A stretch of DNA of 64,000 nucleotides. Origin: Lingula anatina (taxonomy: Eukaryota; Animalia; Brachiopoda). The notes under the pieces are model-generated. The model was not told the origin of the DNA. It worked only from the letters and a program-made list of their open reading frames with translations, and made no database searches. Within the stretch, counting starts at the first letter, position 1, and each line of letters opens with the position of its first letter. The stretch covers positions 5,518,001 through 5,582,000 of the forward strand of contig CM120647.1 of assembly GCA_051362555.1 (NCBI GenBank). Direction: 5' to 3'. Both the position numbers and the translations under genes were made by a program. Below are positions 62,985-64,000 of this stretch, piece by piece.

Positions 62985-64000
62985 ATTTTTTTTTTTTTTT
63001 TTTATTGTCAATAATATCAGAAATATCAATCATCATACAGCATTTCGTTAACATACATAAAATATATACAGTGGGAAATAAGCACAATGTGAGGAGGTCA
63101 CTGAAACACTTTACCCAACAAATTCCATCGTTCAGTATATTCTACATATTTTCCATTACTTATATATATGTATTTTTCCATTTCGAAATAGTTTTTTAGT
63201 TTATTTTGTAGACCTTGAAAATCTAATCTTTTTTCATTCATTCTTTTTCCATATATATAATACTTCGTTACCAGTATGAGTATATTAATGGCTGCACATT
63301 TTGTATCGTTTTTCAAAAACAATATATCTGCTAAAGAAAAATTAATATTCAAGAGTGCTTTCTCATTTATCAAGTTTTTTAAATCTTCCCATAACGGTTG
63401 AACCAAATCACAATAAAAGAACAAATGTTCAATGCTTTCATTTTCCTTTTCACAGAAAGAACACAATGAGCTATCTTTAACCTTAATTCTTTTAAGAAAT
63501 TCATTTGTTGCAATAATTCTATGTACTATTCTATATTGAAACCATATTAAAGTCGTATCTTTCGTAAAGTAGAATATATTTTTATTTATCATAGTCCAGT
63601 CTAAGTTTTCATCAATATTTATTTTCATCTCCCATTTAGCCTCAGTTGCCGGTTTACAATACGCATTACTAATCAATATGTCATATATTGACCGCGATCC
63701 CTTAGATTCTTTACAGATTATTTCTATAAATTTAGGTCTGTAGGGTAGCGCCAATTTGACGTTTTCTTCCCTTAGCTGTGGCCACCGTTGTGTAATTGCA
63801 GTCTTAACTCCGAGAAATAATGTAAATGGGCATTTAATGTCATACTGGGAACTAAATGATTCGAAAGAATGCGGTTTTCCACTATTTTCAAACAGGTCAT
63901 TTACTATATTTACACCCCTGTCATTCCAAGACTTAAAATAAATATCATTATTATCTACCCTCACCTCTGAACTATTCCATATAGGCTTTTTCAAAATATC
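62985..64000 (-). mobile_element. 3' end of an L1/Tx1-type LINE (ORF2 C-terminus with zf-RVT) and its poly(A) tail
   Basis: ORF 63098..63994 is open to the window edge: FQYRIVHRIIATN...CSFCEKENESIEHLFFYC...PLW. Short 3' UTR, then AATAAA and poly(A) on the minus strand at about 62986-63006. Confidence 0.9.

Overview
AT-rich eukaryotic DNA from an invertebrate, probably a mollusc or other lophotrochozoan (inferred from Helentron/HINE-type repeats, mollusc-style chitin-binding domains and spliceosomal introns). Bases 1-22 kb are a nest of decayed transposons: three piggyBac remnants, two Gypsy remnants (one with an F-type env), two HINE elements with ~160-bp internal satellites, a LINE ORF1p, and a 2.6-kb LTR element (LTRs, TSD, PBS and PPT all visible) that carries a TatD nuclease and a J-domain remnant instead of gag/pol. 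Bases 26-35 kb hold an intact GT10 alpha-1,3-fucosyltransferase flanked by two minimal hammerhead-ribozyme motifs, a long fold-back, and two secreted chitin-binding type-2 genes. The main finding is invisible in the ORF track: from 41 to 63 kb the minus strand carries two tandem paralogous genes built from about 27 short (9-87 nt) symmetric phase-1 exons. Spliced, they encode a secreted multi-peptide precursor with a signal peptide, Gly/Tyr/Arg-rich peptides, acidic spacers and KR/RR sites. All exon models were read by eye and need RNA confirmation.
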